A stretch of 64,000 nucleotides of DNA from Dimorphilus gyrociliatus (GCA_904063045.1 CAJFCJ010000007.1:4161404-4225403); one strand, 5' to 3'. Positions 44,326-58,589 are shown, numbered from the stretch's first letter. Notes: generated from the letters alone by a model not told the origin. Program-made: numbers and translations.

Positions 44326-45722
44326 CTATTGGGTGTTCAATTGCACAGAATGAATTCTATGATAAACTACATATATTCAATGTAATATAACTAGTAAATT
44401 CGATGTTCCTGATAATAATTGTAAAAAGTTATTTCATACACTTTCCAGAATTGAAAGGTTTACATATTAACCGTTCAACAAAAATTTGATGATCCTTGCT
44501 TCTAACTATATATTTAATATCAAGAAATGCTTCGTCACCTTTGTATGTTTTATCTTGTATTGAAATCTCTACGAAATCCTCTGTTGCGTTTTCAGGAACA
44601 CTTAACTGAACAAATGGACATTTTAATATCAACTTTTCATCATTTTGCCAATGTCTTTTCACTGGAGAGACAGGATTTTCCATTAGATCTTTCTCCAAAT
44701 CAAATACAATACTTTTAAAACCACCAACTGAGGATTCTGTTAGCTTTATGAATCTTAATGAATCTGGTGAGCAGGATAATCCGTCACTATTGTATCTGGG
44801 AATAGCAAATTCATAAACTGTATGGGCAAAATATTGTGACAAAATATCCTTTACCAGGTCAAATGTAGCATCTTAACGAGAGTAACAAAAAGATCCTTTT
44901 AGCCGTCAATTGGCTGATTGCAGCTGAAAAAGATGAAAGCAATGATAATTTAGACTCTAGAAATGCATCTTTCTATTTTAAGTCACATAAGAGGTCAGAC
45001 GATAGCTTTTGAGAAACATTATTCATACGATTCATTTCATACTTGAAGATTGACAACTTTTTCTTCATCTGGTAGTAAGGCTTGCGAAAAGAACTAAATA
45101 CTATCATGCAACCTAAGCTAGGCGAAGGAAATAGTGAACTTTAGGTCGTAATTATATTTTTGCCAAAGAAAGAAAACCTCTTTAAGCCTTTCTAACTGAC
45201 ATATCACATGCACATCGTTCTCCATTGTGAATCTTTCAGGGCTTATGGGTAACTTTTTTCCATCTCCCAACTGGATTTTTCTTAAGTAAAATAATTGGAA
45301 ATTTTATTTAAAATTATACTTATTGAAATATAGATATATTTTTTATTATAACTTAAAAATCAAAGATATTTTTACCTTAAAAGAGCTATTATATAATTAG
45401 ACCAAAAGATGTCGCTAATTAAAAAAGAGTAAGGTTCAGTGGTCCTCTTCAAAATGGATGAGAAAAGCAGACAAAATTAAAACTTTTCCAACCATCCATG
45501 CTAATGTCATTACGAAATGTTCTCTAGATCTGTTGAACACGTGAACCCGTCCAGTTGACAGCACGTGCAACTTCAAGTTTTTACTACAACTAGTTTATTA
45601 AGATCGAAACTGTTATTTTATTAGTGAGGTAAGGAAAAATAATATATATAGCTAATTAATTCAAGGAAAAACTTAGAATTGAGCCTTAAAAAAGGATTTT
45701 TGTTTGGTGTATATCTAGACAT
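44326..45722 (-). CDS. Uncharacterised multi-exon protein; boundaries tentative
   Basis: Open exon ORF 44429..44842 plus upstream spliceable segments (RTTEPYSFLISDIFWSNYIIALLR|KIQLGDGKKLPISPERFTMENDVHV). I recognise no family. Confidence 0.45.
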
Positions 45723-45843
45723 GAAAGTTTAAATTTAATCGCATCTTTTTAGTTGTTTCTGAATATTTTCGTTACAAAATGCAAATATAATGCCTTTATC
45801 ATCAAAATTAGATCGCTTATATCATAATTTGCCAGAAAATTAC

Positions 45844-45884
45844 TTTTCCGCCAAATAAAAGTAGTGCCGTTATTTTTCGCGGGC
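45844..45884. promoter_or_regulatory. Two E2F-like sites in the divergent region between the uncharacterised gene and vasa
   Basis: TTTTCCGCC (45844-45852) and TTTTTCGCGGGC (45873-45884) resemble the TTTSSCGC consensus. Confidence 0.35.
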
Positions 45885-46248
45885 AAAAGCTTTTGTAGAA
45901 AAAATTGGCATTATCTTTCTAAATGAACTCAGAGATTTCAATAAAGGACATAGTGAAAAGAAAACAGCTTTAGCTGGATATAATTCGAATTGAAGTTGCA
46001 ATTATAATTGTCATATTATCGGCCTAACACGTGCTGAGACAACTGACTACTCAGACAGAAAGCGCAAATTTTTTGTTAAGGTATTTTCTGTATTGAGTAG
46101 CAAACATTACTTTCCTAAGTTGGTATTAGTATATATATAACGCTTTACTTTCTAAAAATTGCATTATATAATGTATGAAACTGAAATTTCATTTCATTCA
46201 TATTGAGTGCGTTGATATCTTGATCTTCAAAGATTGCTTCAAATCAAC

Positions 46249-49046
46249 ATGAGTGACGATTGGGAAGAAACGCCTTCTGCTGAACATTTCTCATCACGTA
46301 AGTATATTAGTATAATAATTATTTTCAGACATTTGTAAACCCTTTTTTTTCAGACAATGATGACTCAGGTCGAAGTGGTGGCAGTGGTTTTGGAAGGTTT
46401 GAAGTTTATTTTACAATAAAAACTTTATATTAATTTATTTCACTTCTACAGCAGACCTTCTAGGAGAGAGCCTGAAAGGAATTCGAGAGGTGGCAATGGA
46501 TTTGGTAATGACGATGAATTTGACAGAGGTCGAAAACATCGGTAATAAAAAGTATATTGTTATTAAAAAACATTTCATAAAATGACTGAACCATTAACAG
46601 TTCAATGGAAGACGATTTTGATAGGAATAGAGGCCGCAGTGGATTTGGTGATAGGTTGGAAAATTAAAAATTTTTAATAATTACTACGATATTTCTAATT
46701 GTTATTTTGTAATACCTCAGAGGTCGTAATGATGATAATGGTTTTGGCAGAGGAGGATCTGGTAAAAATTTTAGGTCATACGACAGAGATGATGATTCGG
46801 GAAGAGGATTTGGAGACCGTGGCGGTAGTGGGTTCGGAGACCGTAGTGGTGATCGAGGCGGATTCGGAGACCGTGGCGGTGATCGGGGCGGTAGTGGTTT
46901 CGGAGACCATAGCGGTGATCGGGCTGGTAGCGGTTTCGGAGACCGTGGTGGCGACCGAGGCGGTAGCGGTTTCGGAGACCGTGGTGGTGACCGAGGCGGT
47001 AGTGGTTTTGGTGATCGTGGTGACCGAGGAGGTAATAGTTTTGGAGATCGGGGTGGCAGTGGTTTCAGAGATCGTGCTGGTGACCGAGGCGGTAGTGGTT
47101 TCGGAGACCGAGGCAGTGGCGGATTTGGAGACCGTGGTAATGACCGAGGCGGATTCGGAGACCGTGGTGACCGAGGCGGCAGCGGATTCGGGGACCGAAA
47201 TGGAGGTGGTTTCGGAGACCGTGGTGACAGAGGTTTTGGTGATCGTGGAAGTGACAGAGGAAGTGGTTTTGGTGATCGAGGCGGAAAAAGTGATGGTTTT
47301 GGTGACACAGGAGATGGATTTGATGATAATAAATATCATGGAGTTAATTCTGGTGGAAGAAAATGTTTCAAATGTCAGGAAGAAGGTCACCTTTCCAGAG
47401 ACTGTCCTAACCCCGAATTAGGTGGTGGAAGAGGGAATAGAGGTGGGAGAGGATTTGGAGGGAATGATAATGATGGCTTTGAGGAAGGACGATCTAACAA
47501 ATGCTTTAAATGCCAAGAAGAAGGACATATATCAAGGGATTGTCCCAATCCCTCTGCCGATCCTGAGCGAAAGAAACCTGTTACATATGAACCACCAGCG
47601 ATTAATGACGATGAACTGCTCGACGATCAAATGACAACAGGAATAAACTTTGATGCCTATCAGCGCATCCCCGTTAAGGTAACAGGGGATGACCTACCTG
47701 AAAGCTTAATAAAAGGAGTTGCTAGTTTCGAAGAAGCAGAATTATACGATAAATTTTTGAATAATGTGCGAGAAGTCGGGTATAAAAAACCAACTCCAAT
47801 TCAAAAGCATGCTATGCCAATAATCATGTCTGGAAGAGATATGATGGGTTGCGCTCAGACAGGATCAGGAAAATCAGCTGCTTTCATTTTACCTATTATT
47901 TCAATGATGATGAAATCTGGATTACAAGGAGGAAGTGAATATGCTGATATTCAAACACCACAAGCTCTTGTTGTATGTCCAACTCGGGAGTTGATAAACC
48001 AATTATATACAGAGGCAAGAAAGTTCTCGAAAGGTTCAAGACTGAAAGTTCAAGTAGCTTATGGAGGTACATCTGTCAGAGTCTGTAGCGAAAGAATCCG
48101 ATACGGAACAAATTTACTATGTGCTACACCTGGTCGATTGCTCGATATTATTTCGCGAAATTACATCTCACTTGAAAATTTAGAATTTTTAGTGCTTGAT
48201 GAAGCTGATATAATGTTGGATATGGGATTTAAAGATGACATAGATAAGATCGTGCGAGCATGCCCGGAGAAAGGTATCCGACAAACGCTGATGTTTAGCG
48301 CTACCTTCCCAAGATCAATTCAAGAAATGGCTTCAAGGTACCTGGCTGATGACTATGTATTTGTTGCAGTTGGTAAGATAATCCTTTGTTTTTCATTTTG
48401 TTTATAAGCCTAGATAATATCGTTATTTTCTTTAAAAATAGGGCGCATTGGGGGAGCATGTGAATTAGTCAAACAAGTCATTGTACAGTGTGACTCTTTG
48501 GAAAAAAGAGATAAATTGACTGAAATTTTGGAACAACGAAGTGACAGGGACAAAATTTTGATATTTGTCAAGATGAAACGAAATGCCGATTTTCTTGCTT
48601 CTCTCCTGTCCCAAAAAGACTTTCCAACTACGTCTATTCACGGTGATCGAGAACAATTTCAACGAGAGGAAGCTTTAAGAAATTTTAAATCGGGTAGTCG
48701 TCCAATTATGGTAGCAACATCGGTAGCTGCAAGAGGCTTGGATATTCCAGGAGTGACTCATGTAATCAACTATGACTTACCCACTGAAATTGATGAATAC
48801 GTCCATAGAATCGGACGTACAGGTAGATGCGGTCACGAAGGAAAATCAACTAGCTTTTATTCCCCTGGTGAAGATTCAAGACTTGCCGAAAGTCTAGTCA
48901 GCATTCTAGCCGAAGCTAATCAAGAAGTTCCACCGTTTTTGGAGAGCGCTCGCGGATATGGTGGTGGACGAGAATCTGAAGGAATATATGGCGGAACCGA
49001 CAATCGTAGGAACGATCGTCATGAAATCCAAGAAGAAGAGTGGTAA
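46249..49046 (+). CDS. DDX4: Vasa germline DEAD-box helicase with RGG repeats and two CCHC zinc knuckles
   Basis: MSDDWEE start; GGSGFGDR repeats; [14 protein letters not shown] and [14 protein letters not shown] knuckles; [39 protein letters not shown]; acidic Trp C-terminus EEEW*. Confidence 0.96.
46790..47310 (+). repeat. Coding tandem repeat (~24-nt ggcggtagtggtttcggagaccgt) encoding the vasa [11 protein letters not shown] region
   Basis: About 20 degenerate copies; this explains the spurious ORFs in the other frames. Confidence 0.9.
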
Positions 49047-49372
49047 GCTGACAAGAAAAGGACATTCAGTCAAGATTTTGTATTACCATTTTTTTAACAT
49101 TTGAACTTTTGAATACACAAAAGTAAAAACTGGTATATTTGTTACTGAGTGTTTTACCAAAACATTCCTAGAGACGCCGTATGACAACAAATCGACGAGA
49201 TTCTTATTTTCCTCTTCAATCAAATTTTCTTATTGAAAACATGATAAATTGTTATTAAAAGATATAACTTAGTAAAAATTAATCGTTTTAAAAGTTTTTG
49301 CAAGAGCAAGTTTGAACAAGTCAACGTTGTCTGCTGTAACTTGTAAAGCGGATCCGAAAATTTGTTACAATA

Positions 49373-52300
49373 ATGGATAATATTCCAACACTCGGTACGA
49401 GTAATAGGAGAAAGTTCTCAACGAAGGAGAATGGTGATAATAGCGAAATTCAATTTAGATTGCTATTTTATAAAAAACTTTATAATTGTATAGAAACGAC
49501 GAAGAAAATTGCAGCTACTAAGTCAAATATATCGAAATGGTCACGGGATGAATTAGAAGATAGGTACCTCCGTATGTACGAAGAGGATATTATGCTTAAG
49601 AAGCATGCAAGAAAACAAGAAGACAGGATTAAGCAGTAAATTTATATAATAATCTATAGTAACTTACTCATTGATCTAGAGTAATTTATGCAATAACTTA
49701 TATATCATATACAAAAGTATTCTATATGTCTCTGAGGATTGTGCATAAAGTCTTCAAAATTACAGATTGGAAACGAAGCTATCCAAACTCAAGAAACAGC
49801 TAATAACTAGTGGAACAAGTAAGATGAACAAATTCTATGAAGAATACAGAGAATTACTTTATATTTAAATTTAATATTTAGCTCAGGACTTGTCAAAAAC
49901 GAAAGGCCGAGATCTCGAATTAGAAGAAAGGTTGGATGAATATCATACAAAGATATATGACTTAGAAAAGGCTAATAACATTCTAAAAGAGAAGGTATTA
50001 AGAATGATAAATCATTATAAAACTTATTTTATTATATAACTTTTAATTTTTTTAAGTTGATGGTTGCCAAACAACAGTTAAATGCTCAACCCAAAAGACC
50101 AACACCGTATACGCACGTATCGTCACGGATAAATACGGTGCAGATATTTATAGCCTACACCATCTCTTTTTAATTTTAAATATTACTGACAACAGGGAAT
50201 TGTCAAACAAGAAAATCGTATGTCTAAAAGTTTAAGAGTAACGGGACCCTCTTCTCCTGGTAAACCCTTTGAAAAATATCCTCGATACGGTCATAGTTTA
50301 TTGGAGGAGAGTCGTGCTGAAATAAATCGATTGTAAGAAATTACTGTAGCTATCGTTTATTATTTTCACAACGATTTTATATAATCTAAACAGAGAGAGA
50401 GTTATTGAAGAGCTTAATGAACAGTTGAATATAACCGATCAGCATTTGGAACAAGAGAGAGAAAGAGTAGGCCTTAAGTTCTGTACCTTAAATTTCTACT
50501 AACCTTCTCAAATTATAATTTATAGTATCGTATTAGAGAAATGGAATTTGAAGAGGACTTAAATAAGATAAAACAACAAATGAGTGAAGGACAGAGGGTA
50601 GCCATACAGGAAAATATTGATATTATCAAACTGAAAAGGGACGTTAAGGAAAAATCCACCAATTTAATATCGTTACAATCTAAATATTCAAATGTTGAGG
50701 AGGTAAAGACAAAATAAATCATATATATACATATATATAGAAAAAGTCATAGTATTCGTATTTATTTTAATGTTTATTACTATAGCAATTTCGAATGGCA
50801 ACTGCAGCTCGACAAAAGCTTATTGATGAATTGGAAGCTATCGGTGTTAAATTCAAATCGGAGCAGAATAGAAACTTGGCATTAGAACAAGAATTAAAGG
50901 AGACTCATGCATCACAAAGAAGAATAGTTGAGGTAAATATATTTAAAACTACAAAAATTCACATTTGTTTATGAGGTTTTTCCGTAGTTACAAGAGAGAA
51001 CTAAAGATTTGGAAAACGAATGTGCCATATTGAAAGATAGCAATGAAAAGTTAGTTAACAGTGCCTTTGATATGGAAAGAGAAAGAGACTGGCGCAGCAG
51101 AGAAAAAGCTCTCAAAGTTCAAATTGCTCAGCTAGAGGCAACTTTGAAAGCTGATGTTGGAGAAAAAGGTTCCATATTAGATAAATTAACAGAAGAAAGA
51201 GGTATAGATAAACCATTTTGCTTATTCGAAAATATAAAGTGATTTTGACCAAATTTTTTCATCAGAAAAAAAAGATAAAATGGAAGAAGAACATAAAGAC
51301 CTTCGTATTAACTACTTCAAATTAAAACACGAAAACGACGATTTACAGCAAAAAATGAAGTTTTTCACAAAAGAGTCTGCAGTTGATATGCAAGAAATAG
51401 AAGAAGCTCTTATTCTTGTAAAACGACGAAAGGAGAAGGAAAATCAAGAATTAGACTTTTTACATAAAGTTGATGATGAGAGATCTTCAGATATACAGAG
51501 ATCTTTGGAAGAATTAAACGCTCAACATGCTGATACAATAAATGAATTGGAAAAGACTCGAAATATGCTAATTGTACAACATAAGATTAATAAGGATTAT
51601 CAGCAGGAAGCTGTAGCTTGTCGAAGTAAATTAGATGAAACTAGGCAAGATTACGAATCAAGGTTGGAAGAGTACGCCCAACTTTTGGATATTCGTGCAG
51701 CTAGAATAAAGGTTGGCCAATGTAACCAAAAATACAGTATATATTATTATAATCCTGTTATTTCTTTCAGAAACTCGAAGCACAACTAAGAGATGTCGCT
51801 TATGGAACTAGGAGATATACAGTAAAGAAAGACTTAGACGTAAGATAATACATGCACATCTAAATATAATGAAACTAACTTGTTTATTCATTTTTTTACG
51901 CAGGAGGATGAAGACATGATCATAGATGATGCTATTGAATTGGAACGTGGACATAACATGTTTGAAATACATATAAAACGGGTTGTTCTAACTCCAGAAG
52001 CAATTGAAATGATTGAAGATGATGAAGCATCTGTATTTTGTACTTACGATTTTTATGAGTTCGAAACTCAAGCGACTCCAGTTTTGAGAGCTCCAAAGTA
52101 AATATCTTAACTATAAATGAAATATCTTCTTTTTCTAGCACATCTTTTTATACAGGCCAGAGTTTGAATTTACATCTCAGTACATTGTAAAAACTGATGA
52201 TTTCTTCCTGTATTACCTGCAAAAAGAATGTTTGATTGTTGAATTACATCATTCAATGGGCACTGATTATCAAACAGTCGCCGTTGCCAAAATTAAACTA

Positions 52301-55300
52301 TCAGATTTACTAGAGAAGCATGATGGAAAATTGCATAAGTCAGTTCATTTAACTGCCTCTATGCCAGGTGAAGACGCTATTAGTTTTGGAATAGTTGAAT
52401 TCTGGATGAGACTGAGAGTTCCTTTAGAGGAGGCCTTCAATCTATACAAGCAACGTATAAAATCTAAGGGATATATAGCATCCAATATAGAATCAGCCGG
52501 ACAAGCTTTGAAAGCAATGGATGACGAAGCTGCGGAGAGGGAAGCTGCTGATAACATAAACGTTCTAACCGTTAAAATAAAACATGGATCAAAAATTTTT
52601 GCTCGTTGCGAAGGAGTTCAGCCTTCCTCATTCGTTGTCTATAAATTCTTTGATTTTCCCGATCACGATACTAGTATTGTTACGGCTTCTAACGATCCTC
52701 AATTTAATGACAATAAGTCTTATCCTATTACAATGACAAGCGATATGGATTCCTACCTGAGAAAATCCAATTTGAGCTGTTACATTTTTGACGAAACAGA
52801 CCCTGAAGAAACAGAATATTTGGGAATAGCTAAAATTCCATTGTTGCCTTTGGCTAATGACAAACCTATTCAGGGAATATTTGAGATTATCAAGGTAAAA
52901 ATCTTTTTCCTCCCTCTTTATGTTACATTTTTCTGTTCGAACAACAATAGAAAGATGGCTCTACTAATGGTTATCTAGATGTTAGTCTTAAGTGGAGAAA
53001 TGCATATTTCCCGCCAAAAGGAGTTACAGTATCTAAGGTAAATTTATAAATATACTGAATGCTTTCTTCGTTGAAACGATCAAGTAACTTTTCTTTGTGC
53101 TGCAGGATGAATCGAATGAAAATCTTACACTTTTGCCGGGTGAAAAAGATGAACTAGAGAAAAGAACATCAGCAAAGGAAAAGGAAGACGCAATGTTAAA
53201 AGAAAAACTTACGCCCATAGTAGCGTCAAACGAACCGGTCAAGCATAGACCAAAACCTCCACCCGTAGCCGTAATATTTTAAATAGAAAAGTAAAAAAAT
53301 GTATACATAAACATATATAATTTATAGGCCAAGTCTACCAGTGACTCGGTACAACACTCAATTATGACAAGTTCTATTCAGGAGGAATCAGAGCCGGATA
53401 CTGAGCCACCAACTCCCAGACCAGGTAGCTATGACTTCCATATTATGATATAAAATCTTTTCTAACTGTGATAAACTTTTAAAATTATACTTAAATATAT
53501 AAAAGCACAAAGGAAAAATTTACCACTAGTCACCGTTGAGCACGTGGCCGAAACAGGTATTTTTTTGTTGATAACCCATCTAAACTCCAACAAAATGCTA
53601 TGGCGCACAAACTAGAAGAATAAAACACATATGCTAAAAGTTAACAAAAACAACTAAAAGACATCTATCAAAGCTTCGTATTTTCACTAAATTTAAGTCT
53701 ATTTTTTAACTTTCAATTAAATTGAAAAAGAGACAAACGAGAGAAAAACGAGGAAATAATTTGAATAATAATTTTTATTAATAAGTCTATTTTGCCTTCT
53801 ATTGGATATAAACCATTCTTTTTTAACTTTTCTATGAAAAAGAGACTGATTTTTATTAATTCTACTACGGAGATGATTCTCACCTTTAATCTTCTTAAAA
53901 TATTTTTATTGTGCTCGTAAATGTGTTACTTATCTTTTTTAATAAGATTGATGTCTAAGAAACAAAAAGAACTATATTGTCTTGCATGAAAATTGAATTC
54001 TCAACAATTCCCTTTGATTAAGTTATGCATTTTTCCAAAAAAGATGCTAGCAAACGATTAATAAACGAACAAGAAGAATACGAAGAGGAAGAAGAGCGCG
54101 AGGAGAGTGAGGAAGATGAGGAGCAGTATAATAGGGAACAATATTATGATGAAAACGAAAGTATTGAGGAGAAAGGTTCGATGTTGCAATAATTGAATCT
54201 TGAACTGAACTCTTGCCTTGTGGTTTCCTTTTTAATTCTTAGCTCTAATATTTTCAAGAATTCCAGACAGAAAAAACCTTTTTCCTCCATTCTTATTCCT
54301 TAAAAAAGGATATTCTCTAAATAGCAGTCTAAATGTCTTAGTACTTTTGAATGAACAAATAACTAAAATTAACAATATTCACCGAGAATGCTTAGATGTA
54401 ACTAATTGTAAACATATGTATTGCATGAATTTCTCTTTAAAGGGTTTAATTAGATAAGAGAAAATATATTAACTGTTTGTCTTTAACTTACTTTGCAGTT
54501 TCTAAAATTCGATCGGAATATGAAGAGGACAAAAATGAAACAACATCACAAGTTTCAGACGTATCGGATATGGTTGGTTTTATGTTTTAATATGACTTGC
54601 TTAAAGATCAGATATTTTCAGCGAAGAGAAGCTCCAAGAGATGAGCCTCAACCTATAACTCCTCATGATAGTGATGTTGATGAAGAGAAATCATCCGGTC
54701 GTTCAACAGCTGGCGAAGACAGTGATGCTGTTGTTATACCAAAACACACAGAGCAAATTGTTGATAACGTCACAATAGCTATTGGAGAATTGAGTCTTTG
54801 TGAGGAATCACCTCTATTAGAAGATAACAGCGTTACCGACCTATATGTTGCCTATCAATTCCTTGGAATTGATCCAAAGGAGACTGAAACACCTTACAGT
54901 CTAAATAAACCAACAGAAGCTAATAAACCAATCAGTTTTAATTTTGAACGAAGTAATTTATGAAATTTATCTAACATACTTCAACATATATTTAATTATT
55001 TTCTCCATTTTCAGGCTTTGATGTCGACTATGAGTATAATCAAAAGAAACGAAGATACCTAGCTAGCATGCTTCTTCCAGAAGATGCAGATAAGGGAAGG
55101 TAAGATAATGGTCTAACTTAAGATTTTCATAGTAAATCGAATATCATATCGTTTATAACTTTGTAAAAATTTTTCCAGAATAAGATTTATGATTGTTTCC
55201 GAACCACAAGATGAAGAGGCTGATTGTGAAGATGTCGGAATTGCTTTTGTGTCTTGCATAGATATTCTAGAGAAACAGTGTGATGTGATAGATGAAGATA

Positions 55301-55489
55301 TTCCAAGTAAGATTAGTCGGCTTTATTAAAAGTTCAATTTTTTTTAATACAATTTCTCTTTATATTTTAGTTTTGGCCTATAAAGACGAACAAACTATTG
55401 TTGGATATTTAAAAGTAACAGTTAAATGCTTACAAGCTTTACAAGCTGTTCGTGAAGAAATGCAAACACCACCGGCAACGCCTACATAG
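49373..55489 (+). CDS. RPGRIP1L: RPGRIP1-like/fantom ciliary transition-zone protein (coiled coils plus C2 domains), more than 20 exons
   Basis: SRDELEDRYLRMYEEDIMLKKHARKQEDRIK; EENIDIIKLKR; LDIRAARIK; C2 FCTYDFYEFETQATPV; QPSSFVVYKFFDFPDHDT; EDSDAVVIP; C-terminal GYLKVTVKCLQAL. Confidence 0.93.
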
Positions 55490-55834
55490 CTGTCTCTTTC
55501 TGTCGAACTACATTATATGTCTTTATATTTCGTAATAGTTTAGTTTATTCTGTTCTTTTCAGCTCTTCTTTATTTTCTTACATTTTTTATCGTATTGAAA
55601 GAGATAAAACGATCGAAAGTTAGTGTTTATTTCAATTTTGAAATAAATTACATAGGCCTTATTTTATTGGTCTGAAACTATTTTGACAAACTTGCATTTT
55701 GGACAAACTTTTAGCGTGCGTCTATAAACAATGTTTAATTTAAGGGAGAATATATTATAGCGTATTTAACCTTGACATTCCGGTATAGAGGCCAGATTTC
55801 TGGTTTATACTATATTGAATGTAATATATAAAAA

Positions 55835-58015
55835 ATGGCTGTTCGTCTACTCTATTCAAGGATTTTTTCAAGAAAGATTTCTCCAAATATTTTAAGATCA
55901 TTGTCATCTCTTTCTATATGTGCTGATGGATCGTTAAAGAGTCCATATCCAGATATTGAAATTAAAAAGCTTAGTTTCCCAGATGCTTCCTTTTCGGCTT
56001 TGGAAAAATTTGGGCCAAAGGTTGCTTTAGTGAGTATACTATTTGTAAAGCTTGAAAACTATTGTTATTTGTGTATGGGAGGATAGCTTGCAGACAGGAT
56101 AAATTTTTCTTGCTTATTCAATGTGAGACTCTAGATCGATCTAAATTGAGGACAAGGTTTTTTTTATTCTTTACAAAAGAGTGCATAGGATTTTGCGTAT
56201 GTAACAATCTTATAATTTTAAGTATAATTTATGATAGAAAGCTAATAACAAATCACTATTAGTTATTAAGAATAAAGATAGTTGTATTAATTAAAGATTG
56301 GCTTTAAATAGAGTATAAGAAAAATGATATCAATGATAAAGTCTTGTATCAATAGAAAAAAGATATTAGTTTAATTTAATCTTTCCCTATCAGATTGATG
56401 TTGAATCACAAAGAGAGGTAACCTATTCGAATCTTCTGGACCAGACTGTAAAAGTAATTAGCTCCTTAAAGAAACTTGGACTAGAAAAGGATGATATCGT
56501 TACAATATGCTCAACAAATAACTTAGAATATTTTACAATATTTTTGGCAATAGTTTCAATAGGAGCCATTCCAAGTACGGTTAATCCAGCTTATCAACAG
56601 GAAGATTTACAGAGAACTTGTGAAGTTACAAATTCAAAATTCCTGATAGTATCGAGCCAACTAGCTAATATTGCTAAGAATGTTAAATCCGAACACTTAA
56701 AAGCTGTAATGACCCTTGACCAGCCAGTTGATGGATGTTTATCATTTCAACAATTATTAGACGATGATGGTTCAGCATTCAGCGATAATTGGAATTTTAA
56801 AGTTGAAGAGGATACTCTAGTTTTACCATTTTCCAGCGGAACAACCGGTTTACCTAAAGGTGTAATGCTAACTCATTACAATGTCTACTCAAATATAAGA
56901 CAAACATTGTAAGTTAATTAACTGGAATCTTTTAATTTATTAGATATAAAAGTGAATTCTTTCCCTTTGTTTTTTTAGCAACGAACACACAAAAATTGAC
57001 TTTTTCAATAAGAAAATATTAGGAGTCTTACCTTTCTTTCATATTTATGGACAAGTTGTTATACTTTTGGGAACGATTTTTCAAGGAGGAACCATTTTAG
57101 TTCATTCTAAATTTGAACCCCAACAGTTTTTGAAAAGTTTAAATGATTATAGACCGGAAATTCTTCCACTCGTGCCACCGTTAGTCCTATTTATGGCCCA
57201 TCACGCTAAAAACGCTTGTCCTGAATTTTCAGCCTATTGCGAGATGGTTCTATGCGGAGCAGCACCATTGAGTAAAGGTTTAAGTAACAAGTTTTGTTCA
57301 GAATTGAATTTCAATAGATTACTTGGGGCTTATGGTTTGACCGAGACAAGCCCAGTAACGCACGTTAATCCTTACGATGCTCCCCGTGCAGATACTGTTG
57401 GCTTTACATTACCGAATGGTTACACCAAACTTGTTGATCCAGAAACTGGCAAAACTGTTTCCGAACCGAATGTCGAAGGTGAAATATGTATCAAAGGCCC
57501 TCATGTAATGAAGGGCTACTATAAAAATCAGAAAGCCACCGATGAAATGATTAAAGGAGAATGGCTACATTCAGGAGATATTGGACAATTTCATACAGAT
57601 GGTCATTTTAGCGTAACCGACCGTATAAAAGAACTTATAAAGTATAAGGGATATCAGGTAGCACCGGCGGAATTGGAAGGCATTCTCCTAACGAATGAGT
57701 TTGTAGCTGACGCAGCCGTCATTGGAAAACCAGATGAGGAGGCAGGTGAACTACCTACAGCTTTTGTTTTATTAAAACAAGGTTCTGAAACAACCGAAGA
57801 AGATTTATTACAATACGTGGCCGGTAATATATTTTCGCTTATAATATCTCTTTTTAAACAAGTTTTTTATTGTATTATCTTTAAAATTAACAGAGAGAGT
57901 CGCACGTCAAAAGAAACTTAGAGGTGGAATCAAGTTTGTCAAAGAAATTCCAAAAGCACCAAGTGGTAAAATTTTAAGAAGAGTTTTAAAACAACAATTA
58001 ATTGCGAAATCTTAA
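55835..58015 (+). CDS. 4-coumarate-CoA ligase/luciferase-like acyl-CoA synthetase (ANL superfamily)
   Basis: KSPYPDIEI; AMP-binding [17 protein letters not shown]; PFFHIYG; YGLTETSP; [14 protein letters not shown]; WLHSGDIG; [20 protein letters not shown]; [11 protein letters not shown]; ends IAKS*. Confidence 0.95.
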
Positions 58016-58589
58016 TAATTTCCCAAATTAATTAGTTTTCTCTAATCGATTTGTTAAAAATTGGTAATCTATATTTTCCTTTAATTTTAAATTTCAATCA
58101 TTTTAATCCTTTTGATTATAACGAATGTATTAAAAAATTTGAATAAAACATAGAATATACAACTATTACTAATACTCATAAACAGAAGGAATATTACAGT
58201 AATTTCGTGACTATAAATAGAAATTTTGAAGAGTAAAAAAAGATGGCATTAAAAATTCCTTTAAGCATAAAAAGCACATTTATCGCTTTAAACTGAAATA
58301 TAAGATTATTCACGTGTGACTAATATTTGCATTTTCTCACATTAAAGTAACCAAAAAGTAACAAAAAGTTGAATCGTACAGATATCCTGCTTTATCATTT
58401 GTATAGGAGATGTAAAAGTTTATAAGGAAGAATCCTTGATATGATGCACATTATAAAATAAAAAAAAGATATGATAATTGAGTTCGTGACGAATATTGAA
58501 AGACAGTTTATCAAATATCATAGCTCTTATATATATACGTAGTCGTTTTTACGACTCTTCACTTCTACTCAAGGTTTTCAAAGAAACAA

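Noticed and set aside
46664-47634. ORFs 46664..47308, 46699..47421, 46776..47390 and 47422..47634
   Set aside because: Alternative-frame or antisense shadows of the vasa RGG repeat exon; the true frame has no start codon until 47631.
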